A stretch of DNA of 64,000 nt, from contig URQW01000004.1 in assembly GCA_900550105.1 (NCBI GenBank), forward strand, positions 9,575 through 73,574, written 5' to 3'. The position numbers and the translations under genes are program-made. The DNA is from an uncultured Pelosinus sp. (GTDB lineage Bacteria; Bacillota; Negativicutes; UMGS1260). The first letter of the stretch is position 1. Every line of letters starts with the position of its first letter. Shown in pieces: positions 9,630 to 18,757 of this stretch. The notes below the pieces were generated by a model that had not been told where the DNA came from, did not search any database, and was given only the letters and a program-made list of their open reading frames with translations.

Positions 9630-9971
9630 TTAACGCAATTTTCCGACCGTCGGTTCACTATCAGCAGGAGCGCTAGCTGACACGACAACTTTTTCGTCAT
9701 GACCGACCGTATGATCTTCCAAAAACTTCTGTTTTTGAATCTCGTCAATCCGCGCAATAATATGCATAAGCTCAGCGACATGTTCTTTTTCATCGTCGCG
9801 AATATGAGCTAAAAGATCTTTAATTTCTTCATTATCGATATTATCAATATGGAGCTGATATTGATTTATGGCCTCAAATTCACCAATCAAATCCTCTCTC
9901 AACCAAATTAGGAGCTGCTCAAACTTTGTCGCCTGGATTGATGTATCTTGTTTTCCTTGTCCATAAGCCAT
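9630..9971 (-). CDS. encapsulated ferritin-like protein (EncFtn/Flp cargo) with C-terminal cargo-loading peptide
   Basis: 113 aa. ExxH-type di-iron motifs (EFEAINQY, DEKEHVAELMH). C-terminal tail ...SEPTVGKLR resembles the encapsulin targeting-peptide consensus. Confidence 0.7.
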   Translation of the reverse strand: MAYGQGKQDTSIQATKFEQLLIWLREDLIGEFEAINQYQLHIDNIDNEEIKDLLAHIRDDEKEHVAELMHIIARIDEIQKQKFLEDHTVGHDEKVVVSASAPADSEPTVGKLR

Positions 9972-10205
9972 AATTCATTGCCTCCTTCAAAATATCTACA
10001 ATTTTTACAAAGTAACACAAATCGATACTTTTTATTAATTACTTCGTGTTATCGTTAAGAAAGTCCTGCTAATAAATTGAACACAAAAACTAAATTTAAC
10101 GACAAAAAATGCAATAGTGGAACTTACGATTCCCACATTTTTGAATTTTACGTCTATTTTTGTTAAAATAGAAAGAAAATGTAGTCGGTAAGGGGGATCT
10201 CAAGG

Positions 10206-10739
10206 ATGTCAATTGTTAAACCTGACGCTGTCATTAGCGCCTTACTGCCTTGTTACACAAACCAAGGCGATCATAGCCTGCTATGCTTCGCCACAGGAAA
10301 AACAGCAGAGTTTACCTGCAGCGTAGAAACTGTACTAAAGCAACTTGCTGTTGCCTACCAAATCAATCTAGTGAGCCTACGTCAAGAAGGACGTCGCCGC
10401 ACTGGCCGCCAAGAATACATACCGTTGCCCTTTGCACCGGAGCTTTTACTCACACCGATAAAACTGCGTCAACCCCGCCTGATTGGCGATGGTTCGCTTG
10501 GCTATATAAATACTTACCTGATTCGTTCCATCCAAGATGCTCCCCCGCCTTATGAAAGTGAGATCCAGCTTTCCTGCGGTCAGCGAATTCTTGCCTACTG
10601 GAAAAAAATCAACGTAGAAAAGCAAATTCGCCGCTCCCGCATTACCACAGTCGATCCTGGTGAAAGTAATGAAGACCGGCGTTGCCGCCTGCTGATCACG
10701 AATATTTTAGCTTTACTCCACACGTTTCCAGCTATGTAG
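10206..10739 (+). CDS. hypothetical protein, possibly ComK-like competence transcription factor
   Basis: 177 aa. Weak recollected similarity to the ComK family (IPLPF...LLTPI, EIQLSCGQRIL blocks). Not verifiable here. Confidence 0.25.
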   Translation: MSIVKPDAVISALLPCYTNQGDHSLLCFATGKTAEFTCSVETVLKQLAVAYQINLVSLRQEGRRRTGRQEYIPLPFAPELLLTPIKLRQPRLIGDGSLGYINTYLIRSIQDAPPPYESEIQLSCGQRILAYWKKINVEKQIRRSRITTVDPGESNEDRRCRLLITNILALLHTFPAM

Positions 10740-11175
10740 TTAATATGCGGTGTACTAGCGCAATGCAGACACTGGGTTTCGTGCGATGAACTAAGTCAAA
10801 AAAGTGAATGGTGTCGCCACGACACAGCGGCAGCCAATCCTGGATACCGCGAAAAGCGCCATGGACTAAAAGGAGCCGTTCGGCAAAACGGGTCTCACCA
10901 ATTCTTAAAATAATCGGGACGGTAAGATCCTTCGATCCGCCATCGACCACAACAAGTTCTACTTCCCGCGAAGTTTTATCAAACTCTAACAGTAGCGCAG
11001 CAAGCAGCCCTTCAATCATGCCTTCGCCGTCGCGTACAAAAAGAACAATCGTTAGACTAGGCGGCTGCAACCGCTCTGATAAAATGAGCCATTCACTGAC
11101 ATCTCGCAGCATCTGCCATAGTCCGTACAAGGCCAAGGCAAGTAAAATTACACTAACTGTATAAGAAAAAAACAA
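10732..11175 (-). CDS. hypothetical membrane-anchored protein
   Basis: 147 aa. N-terminal transmembrane helix. Short LVVVDGGSKD segment reminiscent of, but too short for, a GT2 domain. Confidence 0.3.
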   Translation of the reverse strand: MFFSYTVSVILLALALYGLWQMLRDVSEWLILSERLQPPSLTIVLFVRDGEGMIEGLLAALLLEFDKTSREVELVVVDGGSKDLTVPIILRIGETRFAERLLLVHGAFRGIQDWLPLCRGDTIHFFDLVHRTKPSVCIALVHRILTT

Positions 11176-11234
11176 ACTATCCCCTCCCTGTTCTGGGATA
11201 GAATAGTTTATGAAATCTCTGATTGTGCTGCTAC

Positions 11235-11909
11235 TTAATCAAGCAGCACAATTTTATTTTTAATAGCATATAAGACAGCCTGGGTCCGGTCATTCACCTT
11301 CAGTTTGCGGAAAATATTCGTTAAATGATTCTTCACAGTCTTTTCACTTAAAAACAATTTATTCGCAATTTCCTGATTGCTCATGCCTTGACAAATAAGC
11401 TGCAGCACATCAATTTCTCGATAAGTAAGACGTTCTTCTCGACGACGCTGCTGTAACTTTGAGGCAGCATAAAGGTCTTCCTCGCGGCGGCGGTTCATTT
11501 CGCCAAAGAGCCGCTTGGCCAGAGTCGGATAAATAAAGGTATCGCCCTTACAAACGGAGCGAATGGCCTGCACAAGCATACCAGGCTCAATATCCTTTAA
11601 TAAATAACCGGATGCCCCGGCTTTAATCATTTCCATTACATACGTCTCATCATCATTAATTGTCAAAATAATAACCTTGCTTTTCGATGGTGACAACATG
11701 AGCTGTTTCGTCACTTCTAAGCCGTTCAGTTTCGGCATATTAATATCAAGCAAAAGCACATCAGGCTTATGCTCCTGTACCAGTCGAATGGCCTCTTCGC
11801 CATCCATGGCTTCAGCAACGACTTTAAGGTCCGACTCCAACTCTAATACATTTTTAATCCCCTGTCTTAGCAGCATATGATCATCTGCTATTACAATCGT
11901 ATATGGCAC
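11235..11909 (-). CDS. two-component response regulator, NarL/LuxR family (REC + HTH_LuxR)
   Basis: IVIADDH...LLLDINMP receiver motifs. C-terminal LuxR HTH (LSEKTVKNHLTNIFRKL). Start moved to an in-frame GTG 6 nt after AGGGGGA, which removes the overlap with the secretin gene. Confidence 0.8.
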   Translation of the reverse strand: MPYTIVIADDHMLLRQGIKNVLELESDLKVVAEAMDGEEAIRLVQEHKPDVLLLDINMPKLNGLEVTKQLMLSPSKSKVIILTINDDETYVMEMIKAGASGYLLKDIEPGMLVQAIRSVCKGDTFIYPTLAKRLFGEMNRRREEDLYAASKLQQRRREERLTYREIDVLQLICQGMSNQEIANKLFLSEKTVKNHLTNIFRKLKVNDRTQAVLYAIKNKIVLLD

Positions 11910-11922
11910 CAAAAATCCCCCT

Positions 11923-13320
11923 TTATTTTGCCACAGCCTGCGAATCTTGCGCTGTTTTCCCCTCATGCATAATACGGGCCGTCAAAAAGATGACAAGTTC
12001 TTGCCCTTCCCTGTTTTCCACTCTATGAGTAAACAAGCCGCCGATCAAAGGAATATCTCCTAAAATGGGCACCTTCGTTGTTTGTTCTGTTGCCAGCCGA
12101 TTCATTAAACCGGCTATTGCAATCGTTTCACCATCAGCCATACGGACCTCCGAACTGGCAATCCGCTTCGAGAATTGATAGGTTTTAAGGTCACTCACCC
12201 AAGTGGGCGCGCTGACTTCCATGTCAATCTCAGCCGTAATAAAATGATCGGCTTGAATATAGGGTATATAGGTTAAAATAATGCCGGAATCGGCATAATC
12301 ATAGCTTGTTGTTGTCTCAACCTCTGTGGTTGTCGTCTTCGGAATTGGTAAGGTATCGCCAACATGGATAAAGGCGGCTTTGCCGTTTACAGCCATAATT
12401 CGCGGTTTGGCCACTAGCTTAGCGCTTCCCTCCGTCAGCAAAGCCTCTAGCGTTGCTGCATAGGAAACGGCATAGCGACCGCCTTGCGGGTTGCGTCCAA
12501 ATAAAAGAACGCCGCCATAATTAGAGCTATTTGTCCCAGTCCCTTGCGGAATATCAGACCAGCGCCACTCTAAGCCGAGCTTTTCAGCCGCCTGTTTATC
12601 GATACTGACGATTTGCGCCTCTACCATGACTTGCGGCGCAGCTACATCTAATTTTTCAACTAAAGCCTGCAGCGCTGCCGCGGCTCTGTCGGAAGAACGA
12701 AAAACCAGGGAATTCGTTGTGGCATCAATTTTAATAGATTCATAAGCCCGATCCACCTTTAGGGCCTGTTTTGTATTCAAGCCAGTGATGGGCGACAATT
12801 TTTTGGTCTTAACAGCGCCTTTACGCCCACTTGGTTCGGAAACAGCAGTTTGATTATCAAACTCGGCCGTTGATCCAGCCGACGCCGCCGCTTGCGAATT
12901 GCCTTTATCCCGCAGTAGCAGCGCCGCCTTATCAATCACCTCTTCGGCTCGCACATGATGCAACATGATAATATGCAGCGGCTCAATGAGCCGTTTTTCT
13001 TTCGCCTCATCGACAATGAGAACATCACTACCGCGCTGTTCATAGCGCAATCCCTTGGCTTCTGTGATTAAGTCAAGAACCTGCGCAAAAGGAAGGTTCT
13101 GTACGGCAAGCGAGATTTTTCCCTGGACCGAATCATCAATGACCATGTTGACCGAACTGAGGCGTCCTAACGCAAGCAACACATCGCGAACTGACGCATC
13201 TGACGCAGTTAAAGTAACAAGGGGACTAAGCTCGCCAAGACGGGTACTCCCAACGAGTAGCCATAGTACACAAAAAAGTATTCGATACAATCCAAAATGG
13301 CATTTTTGCTGTTTGCTCAC
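11923..13320 (-). CDS. secretin (GspD/PilQ/CpaC superfamily outer-membrane channel)
   Basis: 465 aa. Signal peptide, N-terminal secretin-N-like domain, C-terminal secretin domain motifs (VPILGDIPLIGGLF). Confidence 0.75.
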   Translation of the reverse strand: MSKQQKCHFGLYRILFCVLWLLVGSTRLGELSPLVTLTASDASVRDVLLALGRLSSVNMVIDDSVQGKISLAVQNLPFAQVLDLITEAKGLRYEQRGSDVLIVDEAKEKRLIEPLHIIMLHHVRAEEVIDKAALLLRDKGNSQAAASAGSTAEFDNQTAVSEPSGRKGAVKTKKLSPITGLNTKQALKVDRAYESIKIDATTNSLVFRSSDRAAAALQALVEKLDVAAPQVMVEAQIVSIDKQAAEKLGLEWRWSDIPQGTGTNSSNYGGVLLFGRNPQGGRYAVSYAATLEALLTEGSAKLVAKPRIMAVNGKAAFIHVGDTLPIPKTTTTEVETTTSYDYADSGIILTYIPYIQADHFITAEIDMEVSAPTWVSDLKTYQFSKRIASSEVRMADGETIAIAGLMNRLATEQTTKVPILGDIPLIGGLFTHRVENREGQELVIFLTARIMHEGKTAQDSQAVAK

Positions 13321-13334
13321 TGCTTCCTACCTTC

Positions 13335-13958
13335 TTAGTTGCCGACAGTGAGTACTAAAGTTCCCTCCGGACCCGTCAAAGTAACAGCTTGATCGCCAAT
13401 TTCAGCCAAAGTATAGCTCCCAATCGGATCTCCGAGAAAATACAACTGGCTTGCTGCGCCTGTTGCAATGACAGCAGCCTGACTGCTCCCTGTCGTTACA
13501 ATCGCGGTGACTCGATACATTGCGGCGGCGGTATACTGTACGCCTTGCTCTGGCTGCTTGACTTCCGTAGTAGCTTTCTTAGCACTGCTTGCCGCTTCTG
13601 TCGGCGAAATTTCACGGCTTGTACTATTGCGGTCAGACTGCAACGGTAGCGGCGGTGGTTTGGCCGACAGTTCGGCTGGTTCTTGGCGAGAAAATCCTGA
13701 CGGCGGCTGAAAGGGATCACGCCCCAGCCTTTGACCGTCTGGCCCCGCCGGATTCACAAGATTGGTAGGTTTTATCGGATTTGTTGAATTTAGCGAATTT
13801 CTTGCGGCGCCTTCTAACGCCGCTGTGCTTGGTTCTACCGAATCGCGCGGCAAAAAGTATGCTTCTTGCCAACCGTGATTCGCAGTAAAGATCAGACAGC
13901 TGCCGCCAACTAGAGCGGCAGCTAGTGCTTTCTTCATCCAAGCTTTCACAATGAACAC
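13335..13958 (-). CDS. secreted Pro-rich protein, possible PilP-like secretin-associated pilotin/assembly protein
   Basis: 207 aa. N-terminal signal/TM, low-complexity P/S-rich linker, C-terminal beta-rich domain. Immediately upstream of the secretin. Confidence 0.35.
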   Translation of the reverse strand: MFIVKAWMKKALAAALVGGSCLIFTANHGWQEAYFLPRDSVEPSTAALEGAARNSLNSTNPIKPTNLVNPAGPDGQRLGRDPFQPPSGFSRQEPAELSAKPPPLPLQSDRNSTSREISPTEAASSAKKATTEVKQPEQGVQYTAAAMYRVTAIVTTGSSQAAVIATGAASQLYFLGDPIGSYTLAEIGDQAVTLTGPEGTLVLTVGN

Positions 13959-14068
13959 CAGGATTCTTTCTAGTCTTAATTTACTATTTGTTTATCTATT
14001 ATTTTATAGTATTCTGTCAAAAAGACCAATCACTTTTTTAATTTACTATAAAAAGGGTAAGTCCAATT

Positions 14069-15553
14069 CTATTTATATTCTTTTAACTTGGGCCCTAAAA
14101 TCCGCTTATAGGCCTCAACGCCAGGCTGATCAAAGGCATCGACCTGAGCCAATTCGCCCTCGTAAGCAATCGATAAAGCCAGAAGATACAAGAGTTCGCC
14201 GAGATGATAGGCCGATAGCTTCGGCAGCTGGAAAGTACCATTTAACCGATTTTCCTTGGCAAGTGCTTCCGCGTTAGAAAGCAGCGCCGCCTGCAAGGCC
14301 TTACTCATGGGAATCCCGGCCATAGCCGCAAGCGGGCCAATCTCAGGATATAAGTTGGGGATAACCGGATCAATCGGCCACTCCAACACTTCCACAAACT
14401 GGACGACTTTATCAAGACTGCCATCTTGATGAAGCTGTGTCTGCGAATGCATATCGGTCGTACCAACAGCCACTACAGGCGTTCTACCGTAATAAACAGT
14501 CTCACCAGCGCGGTTCGTTCGTTTGCCCAAAGATTCAGCCAGAAGCTGAATATACCATTCGGCTGTAGATTTCAGATAATCGCCATAGGGCATAAATACT
14601 TCAATATGGCGACCGTACTCTTTGGCAGCCACATATTTAATCGCTGCATTGAGCATCGCTGGATTTTCGGTTAATACTTCAGAGCGACAGGCTTCATCCA
14701 TCGCTTTCGCTCCGGCCAGAAACGCATCAATATCAAAGCCGATGCAAGCGCCGGTTACGAGCCCGACCTCAGAAAAGACACTAAAGCGACCGCCGACGCC
14801 ATCAGGTACGCTGAAGGTCGTCCAGCCTTCAGACTGAGCGAGCTTTTTAAGCAGCGTCGCCTTATGGCCTTCTGCGGGATCGGTTACCGCCACAACCTGC
14901 AGCGAAATGGCTGGATTCTGCTTCAATTGTTCATAAGCAACTAAAAAATTGGACATGGTGTCAAGGGTCGAGCCCGATTTAGAAATCACCACAAGGAGCA
15001 GTTCATAGACAGCACTGTCGCCCATGCCTGCCGCAAAGTGAGCCGCTTTCACTTTCGCCTCGGCTTCAATCTGGCTAATGAGCTGGCTAGTCCTTAGCGG
15101 ATCAATATTATTGCCGCTAAAATAGAGTTTGGGATAGCCATCACGTTCCGCGGCGCTTTTACTATTCCAAAACTCGCCGCAATGTACATCAAACAGAACT
15201 TTATTACCTAAAAATGAACCGCCAATCCCGAAGGAAATAACAGCATCCGTGTGATAGCGCAGCGACGCCGAAAACTCTTTCAACCGCGCTAGCGACGAAG
15301 GACTATTCAAATGGTCGGCCGTCACAAACGGCAGCTCTGTAAACAAAACTGGTTCGGGCGTACCGTCTTTTGATAAATGCCCTGTGACTTCGCCAGTCTG
15401 ACGCATATGAGAAATGGCGGCATGAGCTGCTTTCAATTTTTGGGAAAGCGCCGCAAGATCCTGTTCCTTAACCTTGCCTTCACCAACTAAATTGCCATAA
15501 TCGAAAGTAAAACCAGAATCTAGAGTCAACTGCTTTGTCTGCTTTTCTATCAT
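14069..15553 (-). CDS. pgi: glucose-6-phosphate isomerase
   Basis: 494 aa with typical PGI length and conserved blocks. Confidence 0.8.
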   Translation of the reverse strand: MIEKQTKQLTLDSGFTFDYGNLVGEGKVKEQDLAALSQKLKAAHAAISHMRQTGEVTGHLSKDGTPEPVLFTELPFVTADHLNSPSSLARLKEFSASLRYHTDAVISFGIGGSFLGNKVLFDVHCGEFWNSKSAAERDGYPKLYFSGNNIDPLRTSQLISQIEAEAKVKAAHFAAGMGDSAVYELLLVVISKSGSTLDTMSNFLVAYEQLKQNPAISLQVVAVTDPAEGHKATLLKKLAQSEGWTTFSVPDGVGGRFSVFSEVGLVTGACIGFDIDAFLAGAKAMDEACRSEVLTENPAMLNAAIKYVAAKEYGRHIEVFMPYGDYLKSTAEWYIQLLAESLGKRTNRAGETVYYGRTPVVAVGTTDMHSQTQLHQDGSLDKVVQFVEVLEWPIDPVIPNLYPEIGPLAAMAGIPMSKALQAALLSNAEALAKENRLNGTFQLPKLSAYHLGELLYLLALSIAYEGELAQVDAFDQPGVEAYKRILGPKLKEYK

Positions 15554-15608
15554 CTTGTGTCACTCCTTCTATCGATTTTGGGTGGCTGCTCATCACATTA
15601 CCTAGGAC

Positions 15609-16610
15609 TCACTCGTCGCCATAGCCATCAGGATAGGCTTGATGCCATTCCCAGGCCGATGCGACAATCTCTTGAACCGAGCTGTGCTGTGGTTGCCAGC
15701 CTAATTCGGCGCGAATTTTGGCGCTAGAAGCCACAAGCACCGCTGGATCGCCAGCGCGACGAGCCGCTTCTTTTACCGGAAAATCAACACCTGTCACTTC
15801 TTTGGCTACGGCAATAATTTCTTTAACACTAAAGCCGTGCTCACTGCCAAGATTATAAACCGCCGAAGCGCCGCCTGCCAATAAATGTCTAAGCGCCAGC
15901 ACGTGAGCGTCAGCTAAGTCAGTAACATGAACATAGTCGCGAATACACGTTCCGTCAGGCGTCGGATAGTCTGTGCCAAAAACAGAAATCGCTTCTCTTT
16001 GGCCTAAAGCCGTCTTTAAAATTAGCGGAATCAGATGCGTTTCTGTGGCATGATCTTCGCCGATAAACCCGCCTTCTAGCGCGCCGGCAGCATTAAAATA
16101 GCGTAGAACAGCATACTTTAGGCCATAAGCTGCTTCATAATCGGCCAGCATCCCTTCAATAACAAGCTTCGTCCGACCATACACATTCGTTGGCGCCTGT
16201 TTCGCCGTTTCCAAAATAGGTACAGCTTCCGGTTCGCCATATACAGCCGCGGTAGAAGAAAACACGATTTTCTTCACCTTAGCTGCTACGAGAGCATTGA
16301 GGAGCGATAGAGTTCCAGCCACATTATTTTGATAATAATAAGCAGGATTTTTCATGGACTCGCCTACAAGACTCGCTGCGGCAAAATGGACGACAGCATC
16401 AATTTTTTCTTCGTGCAGCACCGACTCTAACAGCTCCGTATCGGCAATATCGCCAAGGACAAACTGGACTTTTTCCGCTTCAGCTGGTACAGCGTCTACA
16501 TGACCTGTCACCAGGCTATCATAAACGACGATCTTATCCGCATCGGCTAACAGCGCCTGCACTGTATGCGAGCCAATATAGCCAGCTCCGCCTGTTACTA
16601 AAATATTCAT
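15609..16610 (-). CDS. galE: UDP-glucose 4-epimerase
   Basis: MNILVTGGAGYIGSH Rossmann motif, YxxxK. Start set at the internal MNILV. Confidence 0.85.
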   Translation of the reverse strand: MNILVTGGAGYIGSHTVQALLADADKIVVYDSLVTGHVDAVPAEAEKVQFVLGDIADTELLESVLHEEKIDAVVHFAAASLVGESMKNPAYYYQNNVAGTLSLLNALVAAKVKKIVFSSTAAVYGEPEAVPILETAKQAPTNVYGRTKLVIEGMLADYEAAYGLKYAVLRYFNAAGALEGGFIGEDHATETHLIPLILKTALGQREAISVFGTDYPTPDGTCIRDYVHVTDLADAHVLALRHLLAGGASAVYNLGSEHGFSVKEIIAVAKEVTGVDFPVKEAARRAGDPAVLVASSAKIRAELGWQPQHSSVQEIVASAWEWHQAYPDGYGDE

Positions 16611-16654
16611 CAATACCACTCCATTTTTAAACTGGCTCTGACAATTGCCAAAGT

Positions 16655-17566
16655 TTAATCGCAATTATTCAAGAGCGGTTTTACTGTCCGTACAAGATAC
16701 TCCAAAAAGGGATCTCTAAGATCAGGCCGTTTCAAGGCGTATTCCACAGTCGCCTCTAAAAAGCCCTGTTTATCGCCAATATCATAGCGCCGTCCTTCAA
16801 ACTGAAAGGCATAGACGGATCGATCAAGAGCTAACTTCTGCAGTGCATCAGTCAGTTGAATCTCCCCACCGCGGCCTGGCTCTGTTGTTTCGAGTAAAGC
16901 AAAGATCTCCGGCTCAATAATATAGCGTCCCAATACAGCAAGTCGTGATGGCGCTTCGCTCACATCAGGCTTTTCTACCAAAGATTCAGCCTGCCAAAGA
17001 CGCGGCTTTAAAGCCTTTGGCTTCACAATGCCATAACTCGACACCTTATTTTGCGGCACTTCCTGAACACCGAGAATCGTACCAGGATTCGACTCATACA
17101 CATCAATAAGCTGCTTTAAGCAGGGAACGGAAGAATCGACAATATCATCTCCTAAGAGAACGGCAAAAGGCTCATTGCCCACAAACTGCTTGGCGCAAAG
17201 GACAGCATGACCCAGCCCCCGGGCCTCTTTCTGACGAATATAATGAATCTCTACATTAGAGATTTCTTCAATCAAACCAAGCAAATCGTATTTACCACTG
17301 GCTTTTAGTGAAAGCTCTAGTTCAATAGACCGATCAAAGTGATCTTCAATGGCCCGTTTGTTCCGTCCAGTAATAATTAAAATTTCCTCAATTCCAGAAT
17401 GAATCGCCTCTTCAATAATATACTGAATCGCCGGCTTATCAATAATTGGCAGCATTTCCTTTGGCTGCGCCTTCGTCGCCGGCAAAAAACGAGTTCCCAG
17501 ACCTGCTGCCGGAATGACAGCTTTACGGACTGTCTGATTTGGTTTTCTAATTACCACAGGCAACAC
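16655..17566 (-). CDS. galU: UTP--glucose-1-phosphate uridylyltransferase
   Basis: VRKAVIPAAGLGTRFLPATK nucleotidyltransferase motif. Confidence 0.85.
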   Translation of the reverse strand: MLPVVIRKPNQTVRKAVIPAAGLGTRFLPATKAQPKEMLPIIDKPAIQYIIEEAIHSGIEEILIITGRNKRAIEDHFDRSIELELSLKASGKYDLLGLIEEISNVEIHYIRQKEARGLGHAVLCAKQFVGNEPFAVLLGDDIVDSSVPCLKQLIDVYESNPGTILGVQEVPQNKVSSYGIVKPKALKPRLWQAESLVEKPDVSEAPSRLAVLGRYIIEPEIFALLETTEPGRGGEIQLTDALQKLALDRSVYAFQFEGRRYDIGDKQGFLEATVEYALKRPDLRDPFLEYLVRTVKPLLNNCD

Positions 17567-17747
17567 TCCATTGTTATTAGATTAGTTTTTGTATTCGCTC
17601 ATAGTAGAAGTGAATCCTGCCCTAGGCATACCCTACACCAGTGAATAGAGGAAAAAAGTCACAGGAAAATAAAGAGGATTCTCGACAAAACCAGCGAAAT
17701 TCTTTCTAATGCTATATTTACCTATTGTTGCTATCATTTAAGAGGAG

Positions 17748-18644
17748 ATGAAGTTTGTGCACCGTTTTACAAAGAAAACCACTCTAGTTACACTTGCGCT
17801 CATGATCGGCTGCTTTCTGCTGACTGTAGCCACAGCTTCGGCAGCGCCGAAGCGAATTGGTATCACTAAGTTTGAAACAAACAACTACACAGTCCGTGTT
17901 CGCGGCGGCTACTACGATATTGGACTTGGCGCTTCCGATATGCTCACAACTGAACTGGCCAAAAATAGAAATTTTGAAGTCGTAGAAAGAGAACAAATTC
18001 GTTCCGTATTACAAGAGCAGGGTTTTGGCGCATCTGGCGCAGTGGATCCTAGCACGGCCCCGCAGATGGGCAAACTGCTTGGCTTAAAATACATTGTCTA
18101 CGGTAAAATTCTGTCAGCTGGCGCAGAAGAAAAACATGACCAAATTATGGGCCTGCATATTGATAAATTAACAGCCAAAGTCCGTATTTCCGTACGCATG
18201 ATCGATGCTACGACAGGCTCCATCGTCTGGGCGGATCAGGTCGAAGGGAAAGTCGAAAAAAGCGGCGGCGGCATTGAAGGCCTTGGCGGCACCTCAACTG
18301 AAGTATCAGCAAGCATTTATGACGATGCTCTGCATGGCGCCATTAACCAGATTGTCAGCCACATCAATCAAGGCGCTCCTACGGAAGGCGCCATCGCGAA
18401 AGTCAGTGGCCGCAAAGTATATCTTGACATCGGCGTAGACCAAGGCGTACAGCCTGGCCAAACCTATGTAGTATATCGTGAAGGCGAAGCCATTACGAAT
18501 AGCGCTGGTCAAGTCATCGGCGTTGATAAAACCGATCTTTGCACGGTAAAAGTGACCCGCGTAGACGGCGGCATGGCCATCGCTGAAATTCAAGACAAAA
18601 GTATGCCGCTATTGCAAGCTGGCGATAAAGTCCGTTCCAACTAA
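17748..18644 (+). CDS. CsgG-family lipoprotein/outer-membrane channel-like protein
   Basis: 298 aa. Signal peptide (possible lipobox LMIGC). CsgG-like block GASDMLTTELAKNRNFEVVEREQ. Start may be the GTG at 17757, which has better RBS spacing. Confidence 0.65.
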   Translation: MKFVHRFTKKTTLVTLALMIGCFLLTVATASAAPKRIGITKFETNNYTVRVRGGYYDIGLGASDMLTTELAKNRNFEVVEREQIRSVLQEQGFGASGAVDPSTAPQMGKLLGLKYIVYGKILSAGAEEKHDQIMGLHIDKLTAKVRISVRMIDATTGSIVWADQVEGKVEKSGGGIEGLGGTSTEVSASIYDDALHGAINQIVSHINQGAPTEGAIAKVSGRKVYLDIGVDQGVQPGQTYVVYREGEAITNSAGQVIGVDKTDLCTVKVTRVDGGMAIAEIQDKSMPLLQAGDKVRSN

Positions 18645-18757
18645 ATTTACAGACTAACTAAATCTACAGAATCATTAGGTTAATAGATTCTAAAACTGAT
18701 CATAACCAAAAGGCGCTCTAACTTAGAGTGCCTTTTTCAGAAGGGAGTTTTTTTTGC

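Noticed and set aside
9611-9636. Possible CRISPR-like or minisatellite array
   Set aside because: Only three 8-nt units with no spacers. Far too short for a CRISPR array. Kept only as a minor tandem-repeat observation.
10732-11175. Possible glycosyltransferase family 2 gene
   Set aside because: Only a short LVVVDGGSKD-like segment in a 147-aa protein. Too short for a GT-A domain.
11923-11966. 44-nt overlap between secretin and response-regulator ORFs
   Set aside because: An artefact of the longest-ORF call. An in-frame GTG with an AGGGGGA RBS gives a response-regulator start at 11909 with no overlap.
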